From positions 62,001 to 126,000 of IMG/VR virus record IMGVR_UViG_3300046530_000052: 64,000 nt of DNA, one strand, 5' to 3'. Positions 10,133 to 19,241 of this stretch are shown here, in pieces (positions within the stretch are counted from its first letter, which is position 1; each line of letters starts with the position of its first letter). The translations under genes and the position numbers were made by a program. The DNA comes from an uncultured virus (IMG/VR IMGVR_UViG_3300046530_000052) (lineage: Duplodnaviria; Heunggongvirae; Uroviricota; Caudoviricetes). The notes under the pieces are model-generated. The model was not told where the DNA came from. It saw only the letters and a program-made list of their open reading frames with translations, and made no database searches.

Positions 10133-10543
10133 ATGGGCCGGTATTGCATTGCGACAATGGACACCCGTAGCGGCGGCTGGGAGACTGAATCACCAACTAA
10201 CGCTATCTCTCTCCATACCACTTATTTCTTTGCAGCTCGAGAGAATCAGGACAAGCTACTGGGCAACGTCCCTAACTTCTACGGACTCTGGCAGAAGTAC
10301 GGAGAGACGCCAGAACGGTTGATGGAGAATCTTAAGTCCATCTTTACCGACTACATGAAAGAACAGTTCGATGAAGTTCTTATTGGAGTCGTTAAACAAA
10401 ATATCACTGGGCAGGCAAATAACTACAGGCTAATATTGACCGGGAAGATTGTGGTCGATGGAGCTGTCTACGACTTGGCTGAAACCATCCTGGTTACCGG
10501 CGAGTTTTACAAAGTCCTAACTAACGAGAGACTGAAACAATGA
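10133..10543 (+). CDS. conserved small protein, possibly gp25-like baseplate/sheath initiator
   Basis: GGGAG RBS before ATG 10133; helix followed by a beta-sheet pattern (LKSIFTDYMKEQFDEVLIGV...YRLILTGKIV) reminiscent of gp25/W folds. Confidence 0.55.
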   Translation: MGRYCIATMDTRSGGWETESPTNAISLHTTYFFAARENQDKLLGNVPNFYGLWQKYGETPERLMENLKSIFTDYMKEQFDEVLIGVVKQNITGQANNYRLILTGKIVVDGAVYDLAETILVTGEFYKVLTNERLKQ

Positions 10544-11418
10544 ACCAGATGGAACGCGATCAAATCATCGAGAACGACTTGGGCTGGGCAAGAAGCATCA
10601 AAGTCAGCGAGATCGATGGCAAGCTCATGATGGGCAACAACGGGGCTCCTCTCCCGTTTAACGTCTCTCACGTTATGAAAGAAGAAGAGTTCGTCAAGAA
10701 GTGGATGCTGGCCTTTGCGGTGGGTAACCGTCTGGGTGTCAACTACTTCAACCAAGGCGAATGGTTCAGTTTCTCCTACGGTGGTACTCGGGCAGTCCTG
10801 ATCGTCGGCCTGAACCCTGCTACGGGCGTCTACGACCCCATCTTCATCGTTCCCCCACTCACCACAGTCAACTTGACCAAAGAAGACCGTGAGAAGCTCC
10901 GTCTGGCCGCTGGTGTGATGTACGCCAACAGCGAAGATGCTTCGAAGAAGAACGATATCAACGCCAACCTCTCTGTTGCCAACACTCTGGCTGACGAGCG
11001 CATCGGTCTGGAAGCACAGCCGATGGAAATGAGCGATCTGGTACGGGCTGACTTCTTCGCCAAGTACAACATCGTTCCTGAAGTTGAGCGTGGTGTTTAC
11101 TTCGTTCGTGACGTGGTCCGTGGTGCCGAAGTCAAAGACGACAACGGTCGTGTTATCCGTCCGGGTCTGGAAACCTCCCTCGCAGACCTCGATAAGACCC
11201 GCAGCATCCTGCACCGTGAACACTTCGGTAAGCAGGTAACCAAAGAAGAGTACAAGTTCCTCAACGAACTCAGTCTCGGTTGGTTCGACATCAGCAACAA
11301 AGTAGGCGTGGATTACATTACCGACGGCGGCGACAATTTGGACACTCCTGTGAATAAAGAAACACAGCAGGTCCAATCTACTACACCGGCAGTACCAGAT
11401 TCACCATTTGAGTGTTAA
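10540..11418 (+). CDS. conserved chimallivirus hypothetical protein
   Basis: 292 aa, ATGA overlap with the previous gene, biased codons. Confidence 0.75.
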   Translation: MNQMERDQIIENDLGWARSIKVSEIDGKLMMGNNGAPLPFNVSHVMKEEEFVKKWMLAFAVGNRLGVNYFNQGEWFSFSYGGTRAVLIVGLNPATGVYDPIFIVPPLTTVNLTKEDREKLRLAAGVMYANSEDASKKNDINANLSVANTLADERIGLEAQPMEMSDLVRADFFAKYNIVPEVERGVYFVRDVVRGAEVKDDNGRVIRPGLETSLADLDKTRSILHREHFGKQVTKEEYKFLNELSLGWFDISNKVGVDYITDGGDNLDTPVNKETQQVQSTTPAVPDSPFEC

Positions 11419-11442
11419 GTTTTTAGGGTAAGGGGATTACCA

Positions 11443-12558
11443 ATGCGGGCTCTGGCATGTTCCGATCAACACACGCTGCACCCAACCACTCCAACGCATC
11501 ATGTGCTGGGGAACATGTCACAGTTCTTCTACAAAGATAACGATCTCAACAACATTGACATTGTGTTCTTTGGCGGGGACATGATGGATCGTCTGGTGGA
11601 CGCTCCTAATGCTGACTTGTTAAAGGTTAAGGAATGGTTTAAAGGGTTCGGCGATCGATGTACTGCAAGTAAGACAAAAGTTCTGTTGTTGGAGGGGACC
11701 TTTTTCCATGAATGGGGTCAACCAAAGCACTTAGTGACTGTGGTACCAACAGGCTTTGACTTGCGTTATGTCGACAAGATTGAAGTTGTACGTTACACAG
11801 ATCTCGATGATTTAACAGTTTTGTGCATTCCAGATAACCTTCAGGCTATGACTCCTGATGAGATTTGGGAAGCAGCTTTAAATGTTCTGAAGCAAAACAA
11901 TCTGGACAAAGTGGACATGGTGTTATTCCACCAAGCGTTCACTGACCAGCTACCGACCAAGATGAGACACGTCACTCACGATCAGGCGCGATGGGAATCC
12001 ATTTGCACCTACTTTATCTTGTCGGGTCATATTCACACCCCGTCAGTTGTTGGTAAACGTTACACGATGGGGTCGTTCGATCGGATCAGTCATGGTGAGG
12101 AACATCCAAAGGGTGGTTACCTCATTGATCTGGATAAGAAGAAAGAAACATTCAACATCCAGTTCTGGGAGAATAAGCGAGCGCTCCCTTATGTGACGTT
12201 GACGGTTAAGGAAGATATCTCAACAGAAGTATTGGTTAAGAAACTTCGCGAATTCATCCGCGATAAGAATTTACCCCCTTTCTCTCAAGTCAGGATTAAG
12301 GGCGGACCGGCAGACATTGTTACTCCGGTCATCAAGATCTTTGAGAAGGAGTTTACTCAGTACGGGTTCAAGGCCAAAAACATCAAGGCTGAAGAAGAGC
12401 TTGTAGAAGAGGAAATCTATTCAGACAGTACCTACAGTGGAGTATCCGTCACTAAAGACAATATCTCCACATTACTAGCCAAAGAAGCCACGAGCGAATT
12501 TGCTGATAAACAAATCGACATGGCTGAGGCGTTGGCAGTGTTGGAGGAATTCAAATGA
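11443..12558 (+). CDS. sbcD: SbcD/Mre11-like metallophosphoesterase nuclease (phiKZ gp65-like)
   Basis: Calcineurin-like motifs SDQH, GGDMMD, EGTFFHE, FHQ, SGHIH. Confidence 0.85.
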   Translation: MRALACSDQHTLHPTTPTHHVLGNMSQFFYKDNDLNNIDIVFFGGDMMDRLVDAPNADLLKVKEWFKGFGDRCTASKTKVLLLEGTFFHEWGQPKHLVTVVPTGFDLRYVDKIEVVRYTDLDDLTVLCIPDNLQAMTPDEIWEAALNVLKQNNLDKVDMVLFHQAFTDQLPTKMRHVTHDQARWESICTYFILSGHIHTPSVVGKRYTMGSFDRISHGEEHPKGGYLIDLDKKKETFNIQFWENKRALPYVTLTVKEDISTEVLVKKLREFIRDKNLPPFSQVRIKGGPADIVTPVIKIFEKEFTQYGFKAKNIKAEEELVEEEIYSDSTYSGVSVTKDNISTLLAKEATSEFADKQIDMAEALAVLEEFK

Positions 12559-13349
12559 GAAGTCTAGGTGCGTTGGGGATGAGCATCGGCACGTCCCTTG
12601 CCATCGAGCAACCGGAGGCAGCTGCACAGATTCGAGGTTCTGACGTTATACTCTTTAATTTGCTTACTTTGATCCGTAACGCTCACGATGCGTACGAGAG
12701 CAAAGAAGACAAGGCTGACCTTAAGCCTGAACAACTTATGGAAGACGTTGTAAACGACCTCAAGATGCTCAGCAGGTGGTTAGAGGAGGTTCGCAAGACT
12801 AAACCGCTCCAGTTGATCGTTTATTATCCGTCGTATTTCTCGATGAAGTTCAGATTCCCTTTGGCTGACTTAGCAAAGCGTGAAACGGACAACCAGAAGA
12901 AGTTCGACAAGCTATCGGATAAAACCGCTGACCTTATTTATGACAAGTACAAGAAACTGATTGAACGTACTGATATTGGAATGCCGTCATTTAAAGGTAA
13001 AGGGATTGTAATGACTCACCGTGTGGTTGACCTAGCTGTGCATGATCATGTACTCAGGTTAACTTTGATGGAATCCTACACGGGGAAGCTTAAACCCTAC
13101 ACGCAGTGGTACACGAAGCTCACCGGTGGGAAAGAGCTTTACTACCTGCCGTTTAACAAGCTCACCATTCAAATCTTCGGTGACAAGTCAACAGACTTTG
13201 CCTCTTCTTCCAAAGCCATTAAGGATCTGGTCAAGAAGCTGGCTCAGGATTCCAGCTGGACCCCTGCCACTACGGTAAGCAGGTGCCGTCTCAACATCAA
13301 CATGTTAAACGATGGTATTGATAAAGCAGCGTTACTGAAAATGCTTTAA
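12555..13349 (+). CDS. conserved chimallivirus protein (phiKZ gp66-like)
   Basis: 264 aa, ATGA-coupled to sbcD; conserved position. Confidence 0.7.
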   Translation: MRSLGALGMSIGTSLAIEQPEAAAQIRGSDVILFNLLTLIRNAHDAYESKEDKADLKPEQLMEDVVNDLKMLSRWLEEVRKTKPLQLIVYYPSYFSMKFRFPLADLAKRETDNQKKFDKLSDKTADLIYDKYKKLIERTDIGMPSFKGKGIVMTHRVVDLAVHDHVLRLTLMESYTGKLKPYTQWYTKLTGGKELYYLPFNKLTIQIFGDKSTDFASSSKAIKDLVKKLAQDSSWTPATTVSRCRLNINMLNDGIDKAALLKML

Positions 13350-13397
13350 TAATACTGTCGACACCATATTCTTGTACCGAATTAAGGAATTTTTCGC

Positions 13398-14087
13398 ATG
13401 GCACAGCCAAACAACAACGCCCGCCGCAAGACCATCTTCGACGACTGGAAACAGCCTCAAGCCGCTACCATTGATCCGGTACAAGGCGGTAAGTATCCGG
13501 CGACCTGGATTATCCAGCAGAAGTCGAACGGCAAGATCGTCATGAAGATCAACGACGGTATCTACGATCCGAACTCCAAGTCGAACGTCCACAAAGAAGT
13601 GGAGATGAACTGGTCGGACCGTAACGCCCTGATGGAAGGCATCAAGGAGGCCTGCGCGGATCCATCGTTCGAAACCAGCCAGCTGGTCGTTCGTAAGAAA
13701 GACTTCATCAAGTCCGGTGGCCAGAGCAAGATCTCTGACAACCCGATCGTTAAGGCGATGTTCACCATCGACCGCGACAAGAACTCCGGCGTGATCAGCG
13801 TGACCTACCGTAAAGGTGAGTACAACGCCAAGATCGTCTTCCGCGGTGCCAACGACACCGTGCTGTACCGTAAAGACTCCACCGGTAACAAAGTTGAAGA
13901 CCATGGCACCCTGTCCCGTTGGGCGGCCAAGGCCTGGGTTAAGTGGCACCAGGATCCAGTGAACCAAATGGAACGTGAGATGTACGAGCCGCCTGCTCCT
14001 AAAGAAGGCGCATTCCCTGCCAAGAATGACAAGCCTCGTAACGATAGCGACTTCGATTCGTCCTATGACGACGACGCCGACTTCTAA
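13398..14087 (+). CDS. chmC: probable ChmC-like nucleic-acid-binding protein (phiKZ gp67-like)
   Basis: 229 aa, basic beta-rich core with a disordered acidic tail (DSDFDSSYDDDADF); immediately before the gp68-like gene; strong codon bias. Confidence 0.6.
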   Translation: MAQPNNNARRKTIFDDWKQPQAATIDPVQGGKYPATWIIQQKSNGKIVMKINDGIYDPNSKSNVHKEVEMNWSDRNALMEGIKEACADPSFETSQLVVRKKDFIKSGGQSKISDNPIVKAMFTIDRDKNSGVISVTYRKGEYNAKIVFRGANDTVLYRKDSTGNKVEDHGTLSRWAAKAWVKWHQDPVNQMEREMYEPPAPKEGAFPAKNDKPRNDSDFDSSYDDDADF

Positions 14088-14103
14088 GGACTAGTGAGAT
14101 AAA

Positions 14104-14136
14104 GAGAGGGAGGGAAACCTCCCTCTCCCCTCTTTT
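14104..14136 (+). terminator. rho-independent terminator
   Basis: GAGAGGGAGG-GAAA-CCTCCCTCTC. Confidence 0.75.
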
Positions 14137-14152
14137 CCCTATAGGTGGAATT

Positions 14153-14169
14153 TTTAAAACCTATATTAC
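14153..14169 (+). promoter_or_regulatory. early promoter
   Basis: TTTAAAACCTATATTAC. Confidence 0.75.
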
Positions 14170-14199
14170 CAGTGTGTTAGGTAGCCTCTGGAGTTGCTG

Positions 14200-15759
14200 A
14201 TGTTAACGATTGAAGTTATTCGAAAATCCATGAAGGGAATGAAGGCTATGGTTGTAGCCCTCAATGAACACTCCCTCAGGTTTAACGGCGACAACTCTAT
14301 TAAACTGGAGAAGTCCAACAAGGGTAATATTAAGTCACAGGAAGGTAAACTGTTTGATGCGTTTAACGATTATGTTGAACGTTACTTTGATTCTGAAGAA
14401 CGGCTAGCGTTATACAAGCTGTACGAGAAAGCTCACCGGATCTGCGAGAACCCGACTTACCGTGGGTACAAAGTAGAACTGCCTGAGATCAAACCGATCA
14501 TCAACCAGATCTTGGATTTCATCCAGCCAGCTCGGTTCATGGACTTCGTCGGTAACTCTCGGCATCTGGTGATTCCTCCAGAGTTGAATGTGGCAGCCAG
14601 CAAAGGGTACTACCCTGCTGAAACCACGATCACCGAAGAACATTACGTTCACTTGGTGAAGATGACTCTGCTGGTTCGCAACATCTATCCGATTATCTTC
14701 TCGCTGACGTATCGTTATGCTGGGTTCATGAACATGAGCTTTGCAGAATTCGTTTGCGGTGACTTGATCAAGGACAACCCTCACATCATCAATACCGAGG
14801 GCTGGCGTAAGCTGTTGCTGTATGTGGATTATTCATTCAAGAAGCGTGGGGAACCGTTAAAGGTCGACGGTGTGGGAAGCATGGAGTATTTCGTGGAGCA
14901 TGTGCTCTACAATACTGTCTTCACACGTTTGTGCTGTGCCATTATTCCGGAAACGGAAGAAGGCAAGAACTTGGCAACTGCGATCAACGCTGCTGTACGG
15001 CAGCATGAGTCCAGTGGCGCTAAGTGGCGTCGTAAGGACGACGGTTATGAAGGGGAAGAAGAGAAGCGTTCGCTGTATGAGCGTTATCAAGCGAAAGAGG
15101 ACGTTAAGTCTACCGACGAAGAAGTTGAAGCTGAATTCTTCTCGATGGGTTTGATGGACGAGTGCGACAATGAACGTCACACGGATCGCTTTGCCATCCC
15201 ATGCATGTCACTGGGCATCAAGCAGCCAGATCTTGTAGAGAAGATCTTCGACAACATCCCACCCAACTGGGAGTTCGAGCTTGCACCTCACAACCTTAAA
15301 TTACTGCAAATGGTATTTAAGGGTGACATTTCTATCATGATTTACTGGGCGGCTAACTATACCCAACTGATGGCAGCCATTGCGCTGGCTCAGGTTCGGT
15401 TAGCTGAATGGGGTTACGAGTACCTCCCGACTATTGTTGGGGCTATTCATGATCCAAACGGCATGCGGTCTATTGCCGATATTCTGAAGTTGACCTCGAC
15501 GGATAAAGATTATCTGGAGAGTATCTGTGACGTCCAAAGTAGAAACGATGAGGGTCGATCCTTCAACGAAGCTATTGAAGACGCTACCGACTTCTTGGAA
15601 GGTCTTGCAGCGGGTCAGTGGAAATCCAACTTGGAGTATGGTGTTCTTAACGAACTCGAGATTTACGATCGAGTCGAACGCGGTGCCTTGTTTGAGATCG
15701 AGATTGAACCCAAGATACGTGAAGAGTTTATGCGTTTGGTTAGGCAAATCAGCGAATAA
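14200..15759 (+). CDS. nvRNAP specificity (sigma-like) subunit, phiKZ gp68-like
   Basis: About 520 aa, helical; size and position match gp68; GGAG RBS; early promoter as for other nvRNAP genes. Confidence 0.7.
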   Translation: MLTIEVIRKSMKGMKAMVVALNEHSLRFNGDNSIKLEKSNKGNIKSQEGKLFDAFNDYVERYFDSEERLALYKLYEKAHRICENPTYRGYKVELPEIKPIINQILDFIQPARFMDFVGNSRHLVIPPELNVAASKGYYPAETTITEEHYVHLVKMTLLVRNIYPIIFSLTYRYAGFMNMSFAEFVCGDLIKDNPHIINTEGWRKLLLYVDYSFKKRGEPLKVDGVGSMEYFVEHVLYNTVFTRLCCAIIPETEEGKNLATAINAAVRQHESSGAKWRRKDDGYEGEEEKRSLYERYQAKEDVKSTDEEVEAEFFSMGLMDECDNERHTDRFAIPCMSLGIKQPDLVEKIFDNIPPNWEFELAPHNLKLLQMVFKGDISIMIYWAANYTQLMAAIALAQVRLAEWGYEYLPTIVGAIHDPNGMRSIADILKLTSTDKDYLESICDVQSRNDEGRSFNEAIEDATDFLEGLAAGQWKSNLEYGVLNELEIYDRVERGALFEIEIEPKIREEFMRLVRQISE

Positions 15760-15786
15760 ACGAATTAAGATAGATGGAGAACAGCG

Positions 15787-17232
15787 ATGGCTGAAATTAC
15801 TACTGTACTGCAACGCGCTTATTTTGGTATCGGCACGACTCAACACGACCACGTGCACCGGCATAGCACGTTGCATCTGGAGAACGTCGAGATCGACCGA
15901 CTCCGTCACGAACAAGAGAAGGGCGGGATTCTTCCCAAGACTCTCCACGACGTCGCAATGAACTCCGGTCAGCTCTGCTCGCAGCCTCAAGGCTATGTCT
16001 CGGTTGAAGAAGGTATGAACATGCGTCGTGGCATCTGCCTCCTCCAGTTCGAGATCTATTCGAACGCGGCAGAAGCGTCCAACATGTCCGTCGTCTGCTA
16101 CTTGGTCGGCGGTAACAGCTCAGCCGAGAATGGCCTGGATCCTACTACTCGGATTCAACCGGTTCGTTGCTGGAGCACGCTGACCTCGCAGACCAACGAT
16201 GCCCAAGGCTATCCAACTGTTCGCCAAGTCGTCGACACTACACACCAGTTCCTGCTGGGGGATCCGTACGGCGCTAAAGAAATGGCGGCAGTGCGTCCGT
16301 ATGACGTGGCCAGTGCTGCATTGGGCTTTGCTGTCAGTGATGGTGACGGCTCCGCTCAGAACTATTGCGGTGTAGCCAACTCCGACCTGACCAATCAGTT
16401 GCTGATGTCGAAGACTCAGAACCTGAACCCAACTCACTACGCGAAAGAGCTGTTGAAGTTGGCGGTACAGACTGGCGATGAAGTCAGTCAGAACGGTCAA
16501 GACATGGCGTGGGCTATTGGTGACTACATGACCACCAGCAGCCTGAACGAGATCTCTCCGCACGATAACCCATTCATGCAGACCATGATGAGTGTGCTGA
16601 GCGTTCACAGTCTGGCAAGCTTCCGTGGTTGGTCGATCGATGAAATGGTTGAAGTATGGCCAAACTTCCTCGACGTACTGAACCTGGACAACATGGACGT
16701 AACCAAGTTCGCTGCCGATGATACTACGTTGGTCACCAGCGACTACGGTCGTGTGAACCAGCACGAGATCATCGCATCCGAAGCGGCCATGATGTGTGTA
16801 CACCAACTGCTGGCGTGCGGTCTGATGTCGTATCAGTTCAGCGCGACCAACAACCCGACGGCTTTCGACGGGATCGGTGGTGACGAAGGTGGCGGTGTAT
16901 CGTTCTCTCCAGGCAAGGCAATGTCGGTTCTGGATAACGACACCAACATGGAAGGTCGTACCGAAACGTTCAACCGTCAGTTCACTGATGCGTTCTTCGC
17001 CAAGTACACTGGTCCGTACGCTCACCTGCGAACGCTCATCAACCTGAACATGGAGTGTCATATGTTCGGTGAGACCCGCGTGACCATCTCGTTCGGTAAC
17101 GAGTACCACAACGGTAAAACGTTCAGCAACGCAACCTATTACATTAACCATTCCAGTTCTTCCATCTCTGGTACCGAGAACGGTCTTTCAGAGTCCCGGA
17201 ACTACTTGAGCAACATCAAGGAATACTTCTAA
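15787..17232 (+). CDS. picA: probable phage-nucleus protein import factor PicA/Imp1 (phiKZ gp69-like)
   Basis: 481 aa immediately after the gp68-like gene; assignment by synteny and size only. Confidence 0.62.
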   Translation: MAEITTVLQRAYFGIGTTQHDHVHRHSTLHLENVEIDRLRHEQEKGGILPKTLHDVAMNSGQLCSQPQGYVSVEEGMNMRRGICLLQFEIYSNAAEASNMSVVCYLVGGNSSAENGLDPTTRIQPVRCWSTLTSQTNDAQGYPTVRQVVDTTHQFLLGDPYGAKEMAAVRPYDVASAALGFAVSDGDGSAQNYCGVANSDLTNQLLMSKTQNLNPTHYAKELLKLAVQTGDEVSQNGQDMAWAIGDYMTTSSLNEISPHDNPFMQTMMSVLSVHSLASFRGWSIDEMVEVWPNFLDVLNLDNMDVTKFAADDTTLVTSDYGRVNQHEIIASEAAMMCVHQLLACGLMSYQFSATNNPTAFDGIGGDEGGGVSFSPGKAMSVLDNDTNMEGRTETFNRQFTDAFFAKYTGPYAHLRTLINLNMECHMFGETRVTISFGNEYHNGKTFSNATYYINHSSSSISGTENGLSESRNYLSNIKEYF

Positions 17233-17243
17233 GGTGACCCGCC

Positions 17244-18758
17244 ATGAATGAACTCAATAAGCTGTACAAGGACATGCTGTTGTCCTGGAACACCCAAGTC
17301 AAAACTGATGGGCGTATCCTGCTGGACTTGGACGGCGATGAGTATCCCATCACCATCGACGGGATGAACCTCTACCTGCCGACTACTGACGTCCTCGACG
17401 AAGTAGCAGTGGGCAAGGTCTTCTTCCACCCAGCGTGTGAAGATATCACCTCGAAGGAAACCGAAGTCTTCAAGGTGTTGCGTAAGGTTACTTCCTTGCG
17501 TCTCCTGAGCGCCTTCCGTTCGGTCCCTCCGGTGTTGCTACCGCTTGCAGGTCCTAAGCCTAAGAGTTCGTGGAACCAACGCGTGCTGGACCTCCTGGAG
17601 CCTCTCAAGAGCGCTAAAGGCGCCGTGGTTAAAGAACTGACGGATCTGTTCGGTCGTCTGCATGTGGAAGTTGAAGAGAACGGTCTGGATAACCGCTTCG
17701 TCCACTTCAAGACCACCAAGTCCAGCGGTAAGTTGTCGAAGGCTACCGGCGAGAAGGTTTACTACACCACCAAGCCGGAGTTCCCGTTCTACAACGAACT
17801 GGTTCGCCGTCTGGCTCGTACCGAAGGCAAGACCGACAACCAGCAGATCGAAATCAACAACCACAGCGTGTCTCGTGCTGCGGTGAAGTTGGCTATCCAT
17901 CTGTTCCAGCACATCGTTCCAGCAGTGCTGTCGCCAGACGATCACGTCCACGAAGCGAATACTCCGATTGCAGCACGTATGGTTTCGTACCTGGGCTGTT
18001 ACGCAGATATCGCCGAGCAGATCAACAAGGTCCAAGGTACCTTCCGGGCAGAGTTTGCCAAGGCCGGTATCTACCCGATCAACTTGAGCTGGACCGAAGA
18101 TCTGGAAAACCTGCCTGAGTGGTATAAGCAGGTTCCGAAGATGGACTACAACACCCACAACACCCACGAAGAAACCGTCCATCAAGCAGCAGGACGTCAA
18201 GACTTCGCCGGGCTGATGTCGGTAAGTAGCAACATCAACCAAACGCCGGTCCAACAAACCCCGGGTAGCCAAGTGCAACAAGCGGGTGCAGGTATTGACC
18301 CAATGACTGGCTTCGTGATCACTCCACCACCTCAAGTGCTGGCGTCTGACCGTCTGACCCGTTACGAGTGCAACTTCGGTACTGGTCGTGTGACCCACTA
18401 CGGTGTTGACACTCTGACCAACCTGCCGGTCATGTACATCTGTACTCGTCAGGGTTCGTTCTTGGAGCGTCAAACTCCAAACCCTAATGCCGGCATGATG
18501 AACATGTTGGGTGGTTTCAACATGGGCATGGGTGGCATGGGTGGTATGAACGGCATGGGTGGTATGGGTAACATGAACCTGATGGCCCAACCACAACTGC
18601 TTCCGAATGGCATGATCCAATTGCCAAACGGTCAGATCATTCACCCGGCTCAGCTTCAACAGCAACAGCAACCTGTGATGCCAACCGGTTCTCCAAGCGT
18701 AACCAACTTGGATAACAACAGCGGTAGCGGCTTCAGCAATAGCCCAGCCTGGGGTTAA
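17244..18758 (+). CDS. conserved chimallivirus protein (phiKZ gp70-like) with G/M/N/Q-rich low-complexity C-terminus
   Basis: 504 aa; FFHPACE motif; tail GMMNMLGGFNMGMGGMGGMNGMGGMG...QQQQQ...AWG. Confidence 0.75.
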   Translation: MNELNKLYKDMLLSWNTQVKTDGRILLDLDGDEYPITIDGMNLYLPTTDVLDEVAVGKVFFHPACEDITSKETEVFKVLRKVTSLRLLSAFRSVPPVLLPLAGPKPKSSWNQRVLDLLEPLKSAKGAVVKELTDLFGRLHVEVEENGLDNRFVHFKTTKSSGKLSKATGEKVYYTTKPEFPFYNELVRRLARTEGKTDNQQIEINNHSVSRAAVKLAIHLFQHIVPAVLSPDDHVHEANTPIAARMVSYLGCYADIAEQINKVQGTFRAEFAKAGIYPINLSWTEDLENLPEWYKQVPKMDYNTHNTHEETVHQAAGRQDFAGLMSVSSNINQTPVQQTPGSQVQQAGAGIDPMTGFVITPPPQVLASDRLTRYECNFGTGRVTHYGVDTLTNLPVMYICTRQGSFLERQTPNPNAGMMNMLGGFNMGMGGMGGMNGMGGMGNMNLMAQPQLLPNGMIQLPNGQIIHPAQLQQQQQPVMPTGSPSVTNLDNNSGSGFSNSPAWG

Positions 18759-18768
18759 CAGGTAGCAT

Positions 18769-18809
18769 TAATAACCAGCAGGGTCACCCCCTGCTGGTTA
18801 TTATTTTTT
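18769..18809. terminator. bidirectional terminator between convergent genes
   Basis: TAATAACCAGCAGGG-loop-CCCTGCTGGTTATTA, 15-bp stem followed by a T tract. Confidence 0.85.
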
Positions 18810-18826
18810 GTCTTAAAAAACTATTT

Positions 18827-19156
18827 TTATGCTCTGGCTGTATTATTACGTGCAATGCGTGTGTTTAATGCGCTTTCATTGATCCGATAGATCACCGTCA
18901 GCTTGGTGATGTCCTGATGAGGATCAGTGATTCCGTTGATGTACGCAGTCGTCCACCAGAGGTAAGAAGGAATACCCATTACCCGTAGAAAACGATAGAA
19001 GTCATTTTTGTAAGCCTGTTGGATAGCGGGAACTACCTGCTGGAAGACAGTCGCCTCCTTACGGATGAGTTCTAATTCAGACCTAACTAACGTTTTGTAC
19101 CGCTCCGTATAGAAGACATCTTTACCATTGCTGAAATCGTTATTGGGAAGTGGCAT
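18827..19156 (-). CDS. small baseplate wedge-like protein (T4 gp53/P2 X LysM-like)
   Basis: SYLWWTTAYINGITDP resembles the W-x-I-x-x-x-N-x-I-x-D-P signature of gp53/X proteins; AAGGT RBS on the minus strand. Confidence 0.55.
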   Translation of the reverse strand: MPLPNNDFSNGKDVFYTERYKTLVRSELELIRKEATVFQQVVPAIQQAYKNDFYRFLRVMGIPSYLWWTTAYINGITDPHQDITKLTVIYRINESALNTRIARNNTARA

Positions 19157-19183
19157 AAGTAACCTTCAGGTGGAGTCAATAAA

Positions 19184-19200
19184 TTTAGAACCTATATTAT
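19184..19200 (+). promoter_or_regulatory. early promoter of the nvRNAP beta-C/beta'-C operon
   Basis: TTTAGAACCTATATTAT, with a partial second copy AACCTATATAC at 19208. Confidence 0.7.
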
Positions 19201-19241
19201 CTTCCTGAACCTATATACCCTGATGTCGAAGAGGTCACTTG

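Noticed and set aside
13398..14087. Calling this a canonical SSB because of its acidic ...DDDADF tail
   Set aside because: No recognisable OB-fold SSB motifs; position before the gp68-like gene fits the gp67/ChmC family better
18495..18580. GGCATG/GGTATG short tandem repeats
   Set aside because: They encode the Gly-Met low-complexity tail; not a CRISPR array or an independent DNA repeat
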